Below are positions 9,455-20,265 of a stretch of 64,000 nucleotides of DNA, in pieces. How positions within the stretch are numbered: the stretch's first letter is position 1; each line of letters starts with the position of its first letter. The notes beneath the pieces are model-generated. The model ran no database searches, had not been told where the DNA came from, and saw nothing but the letters and a program-made list of their open reading frames with translations. Origin of the DNA: an uncultured bacterium (GTDB lineage Bacteria > Babelota > Babeliae > Babelales > Vermiphilaceae); NCBI GenBank assembly GCA_963727255.1, contig CAVSFC010000002.1, positions 672,001-736,000 of the forward strand, given 5' to 3'. A program made the translations under genes and the position numbers.

Positions 9455-9716
9455 ATGAAAAATAAGCATCGCAAAATCTTGGCTCAGATTTTTAAGACTC
9501 CTGTTCCGGCAAATATCAGATGGGATGATATAGAAAAGTTGTTTAAATCTGGGGGCAGATGTTACTGAGGCTCGTGGGTCACGGGTACGGATTGAGCTAA
9601 ACGGTGAAGAAGCAGTTTTTCATCGGCCCCATCCAAGAAGGGAAACGGATAAAGGTGCGGTTGTTTCAGTCCGCAAATTTCTAATAAATGCAGGGATAGA
9701 TCATGATGAAATATAA
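9455..9716 (+). pseudogene. hicA: HicA-family toxin, frameshifted near 9549-9555 (true lesion or read error)
   Basis: MKNKHRKILAQIFKTPVPANIRWDDIEKLF then, in another frame, GADVTEARGSRVRIELNGEEAVFHRPHPRRETDKGAVVSVRKFL. Confidence 0.8.
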
Positions 9717-10023
9717 AGGCTATTACGGCGTTGTAACTTATGATGAAGAAGCTAAAATTCTTCATGGTGAAGTTATAGGGTTAAAAGCGGTAATCACTTT
9801 TCAGGCTGATAATGCCAAAGACATAGAAAAAGAATTTCATACATCAGTTGATGTATACTTGGAATGGTGCAAGGAGCGAGGCGTAAAACCAGAAAAAGAA
9901 TTTTCAGGCAATCTTCGCATCAGACTTGATAAAAAGACACACTCTGAGCTAGCCAAAGAAGCAGCTTTACATGGCATCAGCTTGAACAAATTAGTTTTAG
10001 ATAGAATTACGAACAAGAGATAA
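9703..10023 (+). CDS. hicB: HicB-family antitoxin
   Basis: MKYKGY.G...DEEAKILHGEVIG..VITFQ..F..SVD.YL..C; FSG.L.IR ribbon-helix-helix tail. Confidence 0.9.
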   Translation: MMKYKGYYGVVTYDEEAKILHGEVIGLKAVITFQADNAKDIEKEFHTSVDVYLEWCKERGVKPEKEFSGNLRIRLDKKTHSELAKEAALHGISLNKLVLDRITNKR

Positions 10024-10038
10024 ACAGAATGAAAATTC

Positions 10039-11466
10039 CTAGGTGAGCAATTTCTCGATGCGCTGGCGCGTTTCTGGTGTGCCAAGCATAGTGATCAGTT
10101 CATGAATTGCCGGGCCATGTTCTTTGCCCATCAATGCCATTCTCAAAAACCAAAATAATTGGCTTAGAGGAATAGTGTGATTTTTAGCTTCTCTTTTTAA
10201 AGCAGTCACAAATGCTTCCGGTTGATCAATTAAATGTAAATTATCTTTTACCAATGTTACTAATGCTTGATGTTCTGCCTTCAAAATTGTTTTATCAATC
10301 TTGGGAGCATCAAATATAAATGCGAGTGCCGGGCCAATATCTGCCAATGTTTGCAAATCGCTTTTGATCGCTTGAATAAGCGCGGTCAGCGTTGCGCGGG
10401 GCAATGTATCTGCTTGCGTATAAGAGGCAAGTAAAAATGGAATGCATCGGCTTGTTAGATCTTCAGGATCTAATTTCGCAATCCATTTGTGATTGAGCCA
10501 GCGTAATTTCTCAACATCATACCGGACATGGCCGGTTGAATGGATATGTTCAAAATTTATTTTCTGTCCCAATTCCGGCAAACTCATAATCTCTTGTTCA
10601 AAAGTGCCGCCGCCGATGATTGCCAAATAGTTATCAATTGCTTCCGGCAAATATCCTGCATCCATTAAATCAGTTAATGAAAATCCAAAATCACGCTTTG
10701 AGAGCTTTTTGCCTTCGGCATTGCATAAAATGGGCAGGTGCCAAAACGTGGGAATTTTAACTTCAAAGAGTTCATAGAGCGCTGCTTGATTGGCAGTATT
10801 GGTCAAATGATCTTCGCCGCGGATCACATGGGTTATTTTCATTACCATGTCATCAACAAAATTGGCAAAGATAAAGGTTACCGTGCCATCGGCGCGTGTA
10901 ATGGGAAAATCAGCAAAATTCTTAAATTCAAAGGTAATGGAGCCATGAGCTAAATCATGAATCGTCACTGTGCCATTATCATCCAATTTTACCCGCCAAA
11001 TAAATGGAGCGCCATCTGCAAGAAGTTTTTCTATTTCTGCTGGTGATCGTTTTAAGCAGGTGCGATCATAACGGGGGGGCATTTTGAGTGCTATTTGCCG
11101 TTGCCGTTTTTTCTCCAATTCTTCGGGTGTACAGAAGCAGCGATAGATTTTATTTTTATCTTTGAGCTCTTGAATATACTGTTCATAAATTGCCGTGCGT
11201 TCTGATTGGAAGTATGGAGGATACGGCCCGCCCTTTACCGGTCCTTCTTGATAGTCAAGGCCAAGCCAGTGCAGGTCAGCTAGAATTTTTTTTGCCTGTG
11301 GATCAAAGTTGCGCTGGGTATCGGTATCTTCGATACGAATAATAAAGGTGCCTTTTTTTTGTTGCGCAAAAAGATAGTTCATCAGGGCCGTTCTAACATT
11401 GCCTAAATGCATAAGCCCGGTTGGCGATGGGGCAAAACGGACACGAATTGGGGAATTTGTATTCAT
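10039..11466 (-). CDS. gltX: Glutamate--tRNA ligase
   Basis: RFAPSPTG.MHLGN, RIEDTD, THVIRGEDH, KLSKR. Confidence 0.96.
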   Translation of the reverse strand: MNTNSPIRVRFAPSPTGLMHLGNVRTALMNYLFAQQKKGTFIIRIEDTDTQRNFDPQAKKILADLHWLGLDYQEGPVKGGPYPPYFQSERTAIYEQYIQELKDKNKIYRCFCTPEELEKKRQRQIALKMPPRYDRTCLKRSPAEIEKLLADGAPFIWRVKLDDNGTVTIHDLAHGSITFEFKNFADFPITRADGTVTFIFANFVDDMVMKITHVIRGEDHLTNTANQAALYELFEVKIPTFWHLPILCNAEGKKLSKRDFGFSLTDLMDAGYLPEAIDNYLAIIGGGTFEQEIMSLPELGQKINFEHIHSTGHVRYDVEKLRWLNHKWIAKLDPEDLTSRCIPFLLASYTQADTLPRATLTALIQAIKSDLQTLADIGPALAFIFDAPKIDKTILKAEHQALVTLVKDNLHLIDQPEAFVTALKREAKNHTIPLSQLFWFLRMALMGKEHGPAIHELITMLGTPETRQRIEKLLT

Positions 11467-11585
11467 GATAACTATTTTTAAAAGTAATTTGTTGAAGTTA
11501 ACTATCAGTTAGTATAACTAAATATTGAAAATTTAATATCATACCTTCCCGTGCATCGCCAAGGGGCTTTTGTGCAAAAAATTAA

Positions 11586-11996
11586 TGCACCTGCCCGGCG
11601 CATGGGGCAAGGTGCCAGTGCGGGCACCTTGCATCCCGCACCAAGGGCTTTGCCCTTTGGAAACCCTCATATTCGCTGCCGCAAAAATCCTTTCCTGGCT
11701 CGGTTTTGCCACGTAACGCAAAACCGCTAACGCGGCAAGCCTCGCCGGTGGCGGCTTTCGCCTTGGCTCGCACGCATCGCCAGGCTCACGGCACGCTTTA
11801 GGAAAACAAAAAGAATTTTTTTTTAGAAAATTAATCATGTTGCGGTTGAGTGTTTGAGGATCCGCAGCTCCTGGAGGGGAGCGAGGATCCGAGTTGCAAC
11901 GCAACTGAGGGGATTACAAAGGCGCCCAGCCTTTGGCGCACGAGGTCCAGGAGGGTTTGCGAAAACCTTACTGGCGCATGCGGCGCGGAGCCGCTC
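11586..11996. repeat. Back-to-back pair of GC-rich multi-hairpin repeats (about 11586-11798 minus, about 11840-11996 plus)
   Basis: Left copy matches 2006-2085; right copy has ggattacaaaggc-loop-gcctttgg and ends gcatgcggcgcgg. Confidence 0.75.
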
Positions 11997-12079
11997 TAAA
12001 AATATTTCTTATTTAAATTAACCAACTTTTTGACACCAAAGACCCGCATTTGTTACGATCGTTGAAAAAGTAAGGAGTA

Positions 12080-12364
12080 GTGAAAATGAAGAAATGTCTT
12101 AAAATTGCTTTTGGGACACCGAGTCCCGGTTCGCTAATTAGCGAAATTCAAAAAAAAGGTACCAAATTAGGAATAGAGGGGACTATTCAATTTGTGCCAG
12201 CCGATAAAGAACTCAGGATAATCGCTTGCGGGCTCAAGGAGCAGGTGGATCAATTCGTTGATCTTGTTCATAAGGATGCTGCCCAAGCAGGGATCAATGA
12301 TATTAACATTGAGCCTTTTGTGAAAGCAAAAGATTATCGGGGTGCTTTTCGCATTATTGAGTAA
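12080..12364 (+). CDS. Acylphosphatase-like small protein
   Basis: 94 aa; KLGIEGTIQ..LRIIACG..VDQF..IEP..F.II resembles the acylphosphatase fold; canonical GVGFR not present. Confidence 0.45.
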   Translation: MKMKKCLKIAFGTPSPGSLISEIQKKGTKLGIEGTIQFVPADKELRIIACGLKEQVDQFVDLVHKDAAQAGINDINIEPFVKAKDYRGAFRIIE

Positions 12365-12764
12365 GTTTGCCTAATATTCCTCTTGGTTTAATTTTATAGC
12401 ATCGATAGATTGCTTGCTTAATATCGGCGCCTTTGGCAATTTCTTCTTCCATACATTGATCAAATATGAGATTTTCTTCATCGATTTTGGCGAATGTACC
12501 TGCAAAAATAGTATCGAGCTTGCCATCGAAATATTGATCTGCTTTATGGTATACATGGGCTATGCCTATCAAACAAACTACATAGCCTGCAACGGTTAAC
12601 TCCCGCTCGTAATTTTCTGCAAGATATTCTAATCCAGATACGGTTAAACGTGCTAACCCAAGGGTTGCATTGGCACAAGTAACGGCTTTCTCTTTTGCCT
12701 CCTCCAGCGTTATAGGATTTATTGATAATGAGAATGTTAACAATAGAATTAAAATATTCTTCAA
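12354..12764 (-). CDS. Exported/membrane hypothetical protein
   Basis: 136 aa ORF, signal-like N-terminus and one TM segment. Confidence 0.6.
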   Translation of the reverse strand: MKNILILLLTFSLSINPITLEEAKEKAVTCANATLGLARLTVSGLEYLAENYERELTVAGYVVCLIGIAHVYHKADQYFDGKLDTIFAGTFAKIDEENLIFDQCMEEEIAKGADIKQAIYRCYKIKPRGILGKLTQ

Positions 12765-12919
12765 AGGCTTTTTTCTCTTCGGTGGGTAAGTTTATAGGGC
12801 ATTTATAACTAAGAATAGCTATCTTTACGAGTTTTTACATGATTTTTTTGATTTATTTTGAAAACGACTTAATGTAGAAATTGTCATTTAAAATATAGAT
12901 TCTTTTTCTGGGGATGTTA

Positions 12920-13622
12920 ATGGACAATCATCAATCACGATCACCATGATCATTATCATGATCATGAGCATAGCCTATCGCAGTGAGCTTATTTCATCAT
13001 TTGCCCTATGCGATTTTTTCTGTTGCATTTGCACTTATTATTTTAAGTTTTGTAACGCTTGCTCTTAAAAATATGGCGCAGCAATATGATCGCCCAAAGT
13101 GGGGCAAAAATGCTTTTTCATAGCTTTCACTTTATGCATATTGTATTTGCGGCAACAGGTACCATTGTAACTTTCCGCCGCTTTTGCAAAACATTTGGTT
13201 CCAGCGCTTATTGATAGGTATTTGGTCACCCAGTTATTTTTTGCACGCTTTCAGATTCGATATTGCCTTATTTGGGTGGTCGCGCGTTGGGCGTTGCCAT
13301 GAGCTTTCATTTGTGCTTTTTTACTGAATTGGCCAATGTTTTGCCATTTCTTTTTGTGGGTATCATTAATGGTATGTTTTGAGTAAACATAGTCAAGAAC
13401 ATCAAAAATTTTATTCGCTTTTTTCTCATTTTGTTCATATTTTTGTCAGTTCATTTGGCGTCTACTTTTTATTTAGTGTCCCATGGATTTATGGATTGGT
13501 ATAAAGATATCGGGTTTGTTTTTCTATTTATTATCATTGCAGTAGTGATACCATGTACCTTATCAGATGTGGTAGTGCCGATGGCATATGCGAGGGTTGC
13601 ACGAAAAGATGAGAAGCATTAG
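12920..13622 (+). CDS. Integral membrane protein with His-rich N-terminus; multiple apparent indels
   Basis: cat/cac-rich start at 12920-12970, hydrophobic segments across frames, last frame ends at 13622. Confidence 0.5.
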
Positions 13623-14703
13623 ATTAGAGAATATTAAAAAGACGTTTCCATGGTGAAACCATTCTTGAAAATATTAATCTCACCATACCCGGCGGTAAAA
13701 TTTTTGCTTTGCTTGGCCCAAGCGGGAGTGGAAAAACAACGATTTTGCGCTTAATTGCCGGATTTGAAGAAGTTGATGAAGGCAAGATTTATTTGGGCGA
13801 TGAAGATATTACTCATGTGCCGATCAATGAACGGCACATTAATACGGTTTTTCAAAATTATGCATTATTTCCCCATTTGAATGTGTTTGATAATATTGCA
13901 TTTAGCCAGCGTATCAAAAATGTTCCTCAAGATATCATCGAACAAAAAGTGCAAAAAGTTATTAAAACCGTGCATCTTGAAAAGCATATCTATAAATCAA
14001 TTCAGCAACTTTCTGGCGGCCAGCAGCAGCGCGTTGCACTTGCGCGGGCAATTATTAATGAGCCGGAAGTTCTTTTGCTTGATGAGCCGTTGGCAGCGCT
14101 TGATTTAAAATTGCGTGAACGCATGCTTATCGAATTAATCGATTTGCAAAGCGCACTCAAAACAACGTTTGTCTATGTAACCCATGATCAGTTTGAAGCA
14201 TTAACCGTTGCAGATACTATGGCGATTATGAATCCTGATGGTCAAATTGAGCAAGTTGGTACGCCAAAAGAAATTTATGAATTTCCCGTCTCTTCATTTG
14301 TCGCGCAATTTGTTGGCTCTACCAATATTTTTAAAGGAACATTGCGAAGTGAAGATGGCAGCAGTATCTTGAAATTGAAGGAATCGGGCGCTGTGAAGTT
14401 GTAATGCCGCATAAGCAAAAAGAATGGGCAAAAGAAGGGGCTAATGTATTTATGAGTGTGCGCCCTGAAAAAATTGATATCAGCAAAACACCGCTTGAAG
14501 GTTTTTCAAATAGTCTGCAAGGAATTGTTGCTTCGATTGTCTATCATGGCCGTTCAACGCAATATAATGTTCGCTTGAACTAATGGCCAAGTGGTGCAAG
14601 TATTTGAGCAAAATGAGGAGCATTTTCCTAAAGAAGTTATTGATTATGATGATAGGTATATTTGTATTGGCAAAAAGAAAATGTGGTGGTTTTAGAAAAA
14701 TGA
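13609..14703 (+). CDS. potA: Spermidine/putrescine ABC transporter ATPase (apparent frameshifts)
   Basis: GPSGSGKTT, VFQNYALFPHL, LSGGQQQR, LLDEP, VTHDQ; C-terminal RPEKI domain in another frame. Confidence 0.88.
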
Positions 14704-15582
14704 ATAAGCAATTAAAAGAGTTTTCGCAGACGAATTCATTTTTTTATGGCGATGCCGGCAGTGGCATGGCAGATTTTATTTTTTTATATTCCGGTTGCAT
14801 TGGTTATTTTGTCAGTTTTGTTAAAACAGTGCACGGTCATGGGACTCCTATCGTTACTCTTGAGCATTATGCATATTTTATAGCTCCGCTCTTTTTTTGG
14901 GTTATTATGCGTTCACTTGTTTTGGCTTTTATAACTGCATTGTATTTGTTTACTGCTTTGCCTATCCGGTTGCATATGTGTTTGGCGGTAAAGATTGAAC
15001 GATATAAAAATATTTTCTTATTTTTTTTAATTTTGCCATTTTGGACGAGTTTAATGGTGCAGGTATATTCATGGTTTTTTGTTCTTGAGCACAATGGATT
15101 GCTTAATACAATTTTTATGAGAATTGGATTAATTCAGCCACCTATTCATTTGCTCAATACGAACTTTTCCATTTATTTGGTAATGGTTTATTGTTATTTG
15201 CCATTCATGATTATGCCGCTTTACACCGCCCTTGAAAAAATTGATCGAAGGATGTTTGAAGCGGCTGCAGATTTAGGTGCTTCGCAATGGCAAGCTTTAG
15301 CGAGTTACGATTCCTTTATCGATGCCAGGAATTAAGAACAGGTTTTTTCTTGGTATTTGTTCCTTCATTTGGCGAATTTGTAGTGCCGACATTATTGGGC
15401 GGCGGCAAACAGCTTTTTGTTGGATCGTTTATTACGCAATATTTTTTATCGGCGCGAAATCCGTATTTGGGCGCTGCATTTACCTGCTTAGTGGCTTCAT
15501 ATTATTGATCAGCGATCGCATTGCTCTATTGGTATTTTACAAGCGGATGGATTGCGTATGCAAGCAAAAGGGGCAACGATGA
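14700..15582 (+). CDS. potB: Polyamine ABC permease (apparent frameshifts)
   Basis: LILPFWTS, YCYLPFMIMPLY, EAAADLGA, FVPSFGEFVVPTLLGGG. Confidence 0.85.
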
Positions 15583-16367
15583 TTCGTTATAAAAATATAT
15601 TTCTTACCTATCTTGTTACGTTTTTTGCGGTCTTTGCCTATTTTTTTTTATATATGCCGATCGTTATTTTGGTAATTTTTTCGTTTAATAGATCAGATAT
15701 GCCGTTTGCATGGGAGGGATTTTCACTCAAATGGTATAATGCATTTTGGGCCTCGAGTGATATTTGGCTTGCTTTAAAAAATTCATTGATTGTTGCCAGC
15801 ATCAGTAGTTTTAAGTTTATTACTCGGGTTATTTTTTGTATTTTATAGCTCACGAAATTTTTTGGGACGTTTTTTTGTTATGTTTTATGCGAGTTTGGCA
15901 GTGCCGGAAATTGTGCTTGCTGTTGGATTGCTCACCCTATTTTCATTTTTTTCAGTGCCTCTTGGGCTTATCACTTTATTGCGGGTCATACATTGATTGG
16001 GCTTGGGTACGTAGTTCCTATTTTGAGTCTCGTTATGAAGAGCTTGATAAGCGGTATATGGAAGCAGCGCTGGATTTAGGTGCGACGGAAGGACAAACGT
16101 TGCGAAAAGTGATGGTCCCCTTATTATTGCCTTCATTAATGGCAGCAGCGATTATTGGTATTTGTGCTTTCGCTTGATGATTTTATTATTTCATTCTTTT
16201 GTTCTGGTGGTTCAACGCAGACATTGCCGATATATATTTTTGTGATGATTCGATCAGGAGCAACGCCGATGATTAATGCATTATCCACTATTTTATTGGT
16301 GGTAAGTAGCTTATTAGTGTTATTATTTTCTTCACTTAAAATTAAAAAGACGGATTTACTACAATGA
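15579..16367 (+). CDS. potC: Polyamine ABC permease (apparent frameshifts)
   Basis: YMPIVILVIFSFN, FSLKWY, VPEIV, EAALDLGA, SLDDFIISFF..TLPIYI. Confidence 0.85.
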
Positions 16368-17436
16368 GAATACCGTTAGTTCCTTATTCGTACGTTTGGG
16401 CATATTTTTTTTTTGGATGGCGATAATTGGTTTTTTTCTCATGTTGCCAACGATTGCTCAGCGATTTAACCATGAGCGAGTCATTAACCATTTTCTCTTG
16501 GCCTCTTATTGCTCGATCCGATTTATATTAAAAAATTTTGAAAAAGAGACGGGCATAAAATTGTATATTACTTATTTTGAAAATGGCCCTGCTCTTTTGA
16601 GTAAAGTAGTTGCAACCAAAGGGAGCGGTTATGATATGATTATTCCCGATGATCATTCCCTGGAATTACTTATTCAACAAGAAATTATTTAAAAAAATTG
16701 ATCAAATCAATGTTAACTTTTTGGCACAGACTTAATCCAATCTTGCTTAATATGTATGCTGATCCTGCAAATGAATATTCGATTCCTTATTATTGGGGCG
16801 TGTATGGCATTGGCTATGATCAAGATCTTTTTAAAAATGGTCCGCCTGCCAGCAAAATGGTCTACTCTATTTGATCCGTAAGATTTGTCCATCTACACGT
16901 GTATGCATGACTGATGATCCGCGAGAAGCGATTTTATTAACAGCGCAATATCTTTTTGGGACATCGATGCACTCAAAGATAAAGATGCTCGCGAGCAAGT
17001 AAAAAATGCGCTTATTAAGCAAAAAAAACAGGTTGAAGTGTATACCATTTCCCGGTCTGATAATTTATTGCAAAGTAAAAGTTGCGGACTTGCCGCAATT
17101 ATGAGCCCAGAGGTTGCGCGCCTTCATAAAGAGAATCCTAATATTAATATGGTGATTCCGCGAAGAAGGGAGCTTTGTGGTGATTGATTCGATGGCAATT
17201 CCTACGAGCAACGCAAAAAAGATGAAATGATTTACCAATTTCTTAATTATCTTTTTAGAAAAGAAGTGGTTGCCCATCATGTTGAAAGTTTTGGCTATTG
17301 TTCTCCATTAATAACATTAGCGCCTGAACAAACTGAGTTTTGCCCTTTTGACCGATTTAAAACCTTCGATTTCTTTAGAAATGTGATCTCAGATGATGAG
17401 ATTAATGCTCTCTGGATTGAAGTGTTGGCAGCGTAA
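16364..17436 (+). CDS. potD: Polyamine ABC substrate-binding protein (apparent frameshifts)
   Basis: FEKETGIK, GYDMIIP, YSIPYYWG..GIGY, DDPRE; fourth gene of the operon. Confidence 0.8.
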
Positions 17437-17513
17437 TGGTTACTATTTGACTTCTATTTTAATTTTTCGTTAATACTAAAATAGTTTTCGTACTCAATGA
17501 TAAAGGAGAAAAA

Positions 17514-18056
17514 ATGATAAAAAAATTTTTACTCACCGTATTAATGGTTTCAAGTTTTAATATGTATGCGGATAGCAAAGTTGGTTCAACCCGTCTTTCA
17601 AAGAAAGACAAACAAGATTTGGTAGAGATGTTTACCGAATTTATTGATGGAATGGAACGCAGTAGCGATGCGCCAATAAAGGAGCAAATTAATTCGCGCT
17701 GGTGGTTTTGGGAAACACCGATGGCGCGCATAGAGCGATCCATCGATCAACTTAATCAAATGGCCCAGCAGATTCAAAATTATATTGTTGAATTAAATGT
17801 TGCTCAACAGGATGATCATGGAGCAAAAGAATGCTGTAAAGAAGCTTTGAAGCGATTAGAGCAGCTCGAGTTATTGTTGGCAAAACTTATAGCGTTGCTC
17901 ATTGAAGAGCGCGGAGTGCTTGGCAGTCTTGATGATGAATCGGTAGGCGAGCAAGAGTTCAATAGCGTTGCGGATATTGATAATGCGGAGTTATCAATAA
18001 TTTCTTGGCTCAAGACCATCTATCGAGAACAGCTAAAAGATAAGTTTATTTCGTAA
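17514..18056 (+). CDS. Exported coiled-coil hypothetical protein
   Basis: AAGGAG RBS, signal peptide (MYA|D), helical acidic sequence. Confidence 0.7.
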   Translation: MIKKFLLTVLMVSSFNMYADSKVGSTRLSKKDKQDLVEMFTEFIDGMERSSDAPIKEQINSRWWFWETPMARIERSIDQLNQMAQQIQNYIVELNVAQQDDHGAKECCKEALKRLEQLELLLAKLIALLIEERGVLGSLDDESVGEQEFNSVADIDNAELSIISWLKTIYREQLKDKFIS

Positions 18057-18069
18057 GAAGTTATAGGTT

Positions 18070-18105
18070 AAAGCGCTCTTGGCATATCTGTCAGGAGCGC
18101 TTTTT
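18070..18105 (+). terminator. Rho-independent terminator
   Basis: aaagcgctcttggca..tgtcaggagcgcttttt hairpin with T-tract. Confidence 0.75.
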
Positions 18106-18183
18106 GCTTTCTAACAATGATTATTTTCGCTATGCTAATTAGGTAGTCTCCACTATGACATTTGTAACGGTAAAGATGATTCG

Positions 18184-20097
18184 ATGAGCACCCCAAATAA
18201 TAAATTTTATGTAACTACCCCTATCTATTATGTTACAGCCAAGCCCCATTTGGGCCACCTCTATTCTACGGTGATAGCCGATGTTTTGGCTCGATGGCAT
18301 AAACTCAAAAATGATAAAACACTATTTTTGACTGGAACCGATGAATTCGGCCAAAAAATTGCCCAAGCTGCTGAAAAAGCGGGCAAAGACCCCCAAACTT
18401 TTGTGAACAGCTTTATTGATGCGTATAAAGATGTTTGGCGCGAATATGGGATAGGCTATGATATCTTCATGCGTACTACCAATGATTTTCATATAAAAGC
18501 GGTGCAAAAATGGATTCTCCAGCTTATGGAAAAAGGAGATATCTATAAATCATTTTATGAAGGTTGGTATTGCACCCAGGATGAAACTTTTATAACAGAA
18601 TTTGAAAAGAGTGAAGTTGCGCCAAATTGCCCCTCGTGCGGGCGCGAAACCCATTGGGTTTCTGAAGAAGCATATTTTTTCAAACTTTCTGCCTATCAGG
18701 ATCGTTTGCTAAAATTTTATGAAGAGAATCCAAATTTTATTGTTCCCAAAGAACGTGCGCATGAGGTTATAAATTTTGTAAAAGCCGGGTTACGAGATTT
18801 AAGCATCTCGCGGACTACCGTTAAATGGGGAGTGCCATTTCCCAATGATTCAAAACATGTTACCTATGTATGGGCGGATGCATTAAACAACTATATTACT
18901 GCAATTGGCTATCTGCAAAAGGAAAAAGAAAAAGAATTTAATTTTTGGTGGCCTGCTGATGTGCAAGTGATGGGCAAAGATATTGTGCGATTTCACGCAG
19001 TCTATTGGCCGGCATTTTTAATGGCATCCGATTTGGCACTTCCAAAACATTTATTAGTGCATGGATGGTTTAAAGTTGGTGCGCAAAAAATGTCTAAATC
19101 ATTGGGTAATGTAATTGACCCACATACCTTATATCGAGCATATGGCGCTGATCCGGTACGTTATTATTTGATGCGCCAGATGGCCATAACCCATGATGGT
19201 GAATTTTCAACTACAGATTTGGAACAGAAGATTTCTTCGGATTTGGCAGATGATTTAGGTAATTTGCTCAATCGTATGTCTACGTTGGCACTTAAATATA
19301 ATTTAAATGAGTTGCTTGCTCCTCAAAATTGGTCTGGATCAGCGCAAGAGCTCTATAAAGAAAGTATTGCTACAATTAAAGAATATAATGAGCAAATGAG
19401 CGAGTTCATGTTTCATATGGCGCTGGCACGCGTATGGAAATTTATTAGTCAAACCAACGCATACTTCCATTCGCAAGAACCGTGGAAAGTTGCTCAAAAA
19501 GATCCGAAGGCATTTGCGGAAATGCTCTCTGCGACTGTGCACGCATTAAACACAGTAGCAATTTTACTATGGCCGATAATGCCACAAAAAATGGAGCAAT
19601 TATTGGCAAGTATCGGTATGACTCTCGATTTGAAAAAAAATACTATTGAGCAACTTGCTCGTGATTCGTGGGATAAAACATTTATGATTACAAAAATTGA
19701 AACCTTGTTTGCAAAGCCGGCTGAAGAAAAAAAATCTGATTTGCCACCACTGGCTGCATCGGTGGCAGATGATAGCATTGCAATCGAAGATTTTGCAAAA
19801 GTAAAATTAATGATTGGTACTATTGAGCAGTGCGAAGAGATTTCAGGTTCGGATAAATTATATAAATTGCAGGTTGATTTTGGGGCAATCGGCAAACGGC
19901 AAATTCTTTCTGGCGTACGTAAATACTTTAAACCAGAGGAATTGATCGGCAACCAAGCAGTGTTTGTAGTTAATTTAAGACCTCGTAAAATGATGGGCGT
20001 GGAATCGCAAGGCATGTTGCTTACCGCATCGGATGATCAAAATTTTAGCGTGCTCTCCCCAAATGCAAAAATTGCTAATGGAACCATTTTAAAATAG
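18184..20097 (+). CDS. metG: Methionine--tRNA ligase with C-terminal tRNA-binding domain
   Basis: TTPIYY..PHLGH, YVWADAL.NY, GKDIVRFH, KMSKS, NL.PRKMMG.ESQGM. Confidence 0.97.
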   Translation: MSTPNNKFYVTTPIYYVTAKPHLGHLYSTVIADVLARWHKLKNDKTLFLTGTDEFGQKIAQAAEKAGKDPQTFVNSFIDAYKDVWREYGIGYDIFMRTTNDFHIKAVQKWILQLMEKGDIYKSFYEGWYCTQDETFITEFEKSEVAPNCPSCGRETHWVSEEAYFFKLSAYQDRLLKFYEENPNFIVPKERAHEVINFVKAGLRDLSISRTTVKWGVPFPNDSKHVTYVWADALNNYITAIGYLQKEKEKEFNFWWPADVQVMGKDIVRFHAVYWPAFLMASDLALPKHLLVHGWFKVGAQKMSKSLGNVIDPHTLYRAYGADPVRYYLMRQMAITHDGEFSTTDLEQKISSDLADDLGNLLNRMSTLALKYNLNELLAPQNWSGSAQELYKESIATIKEYNEQMSEFMFHMALARVWKFISQTNAYFHSQEPWKVAQKDPKAFAEMLSATVHALNTVAILLWPIMPQKMEQLLASIGMTLDLKKNTIEQLARDSWDKTFMITKIETLFAKPAEEKKSDLPPLAASVADDSIAIEDFAKVKLMIGTIEQCEEISGSDKLYKLQVDFGAIGKRQILSGVRKYFKPEELIGNQAVFVVNLRPRKMMGVESQGMLLTASDDQNFSVLSPNAKIANGTILK

Positions 20098-20265
20098 GTA
20101 ATTTTTACGTTTGTTTCTCGGCTACGCACTGCACACTTCGCGCAAAGCTAAGGGATTTGAATTGAGTTGGTTGTGCGGATTGCTAGCCTCTAGCTTGAAT
20201 TTAAAATGGATGGTACACTATCGTTTGTCGTTAAAAATAATACAAATATGATTGTAGGATGAAAA

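Noticed and set aside
2971..10023. Prophage or ICE
   Set aside because: No integrase, transposase, phage structural or conjugation genes; the gltX duplication encloses only hicAB
12920..17436. Decayed potABCD operon
   Set aside because: Same dense indel pattern with preserved motifs as the gyrB block; real decay cannot be excluded without reads, but an artefact is more likely
19494..20015. Long antisense ORFs (also 6692-7141, 24704-25054, 28012-28416, 38188-38571)
   Set aside because: They are shadows of well-supported genes on the opposite strand
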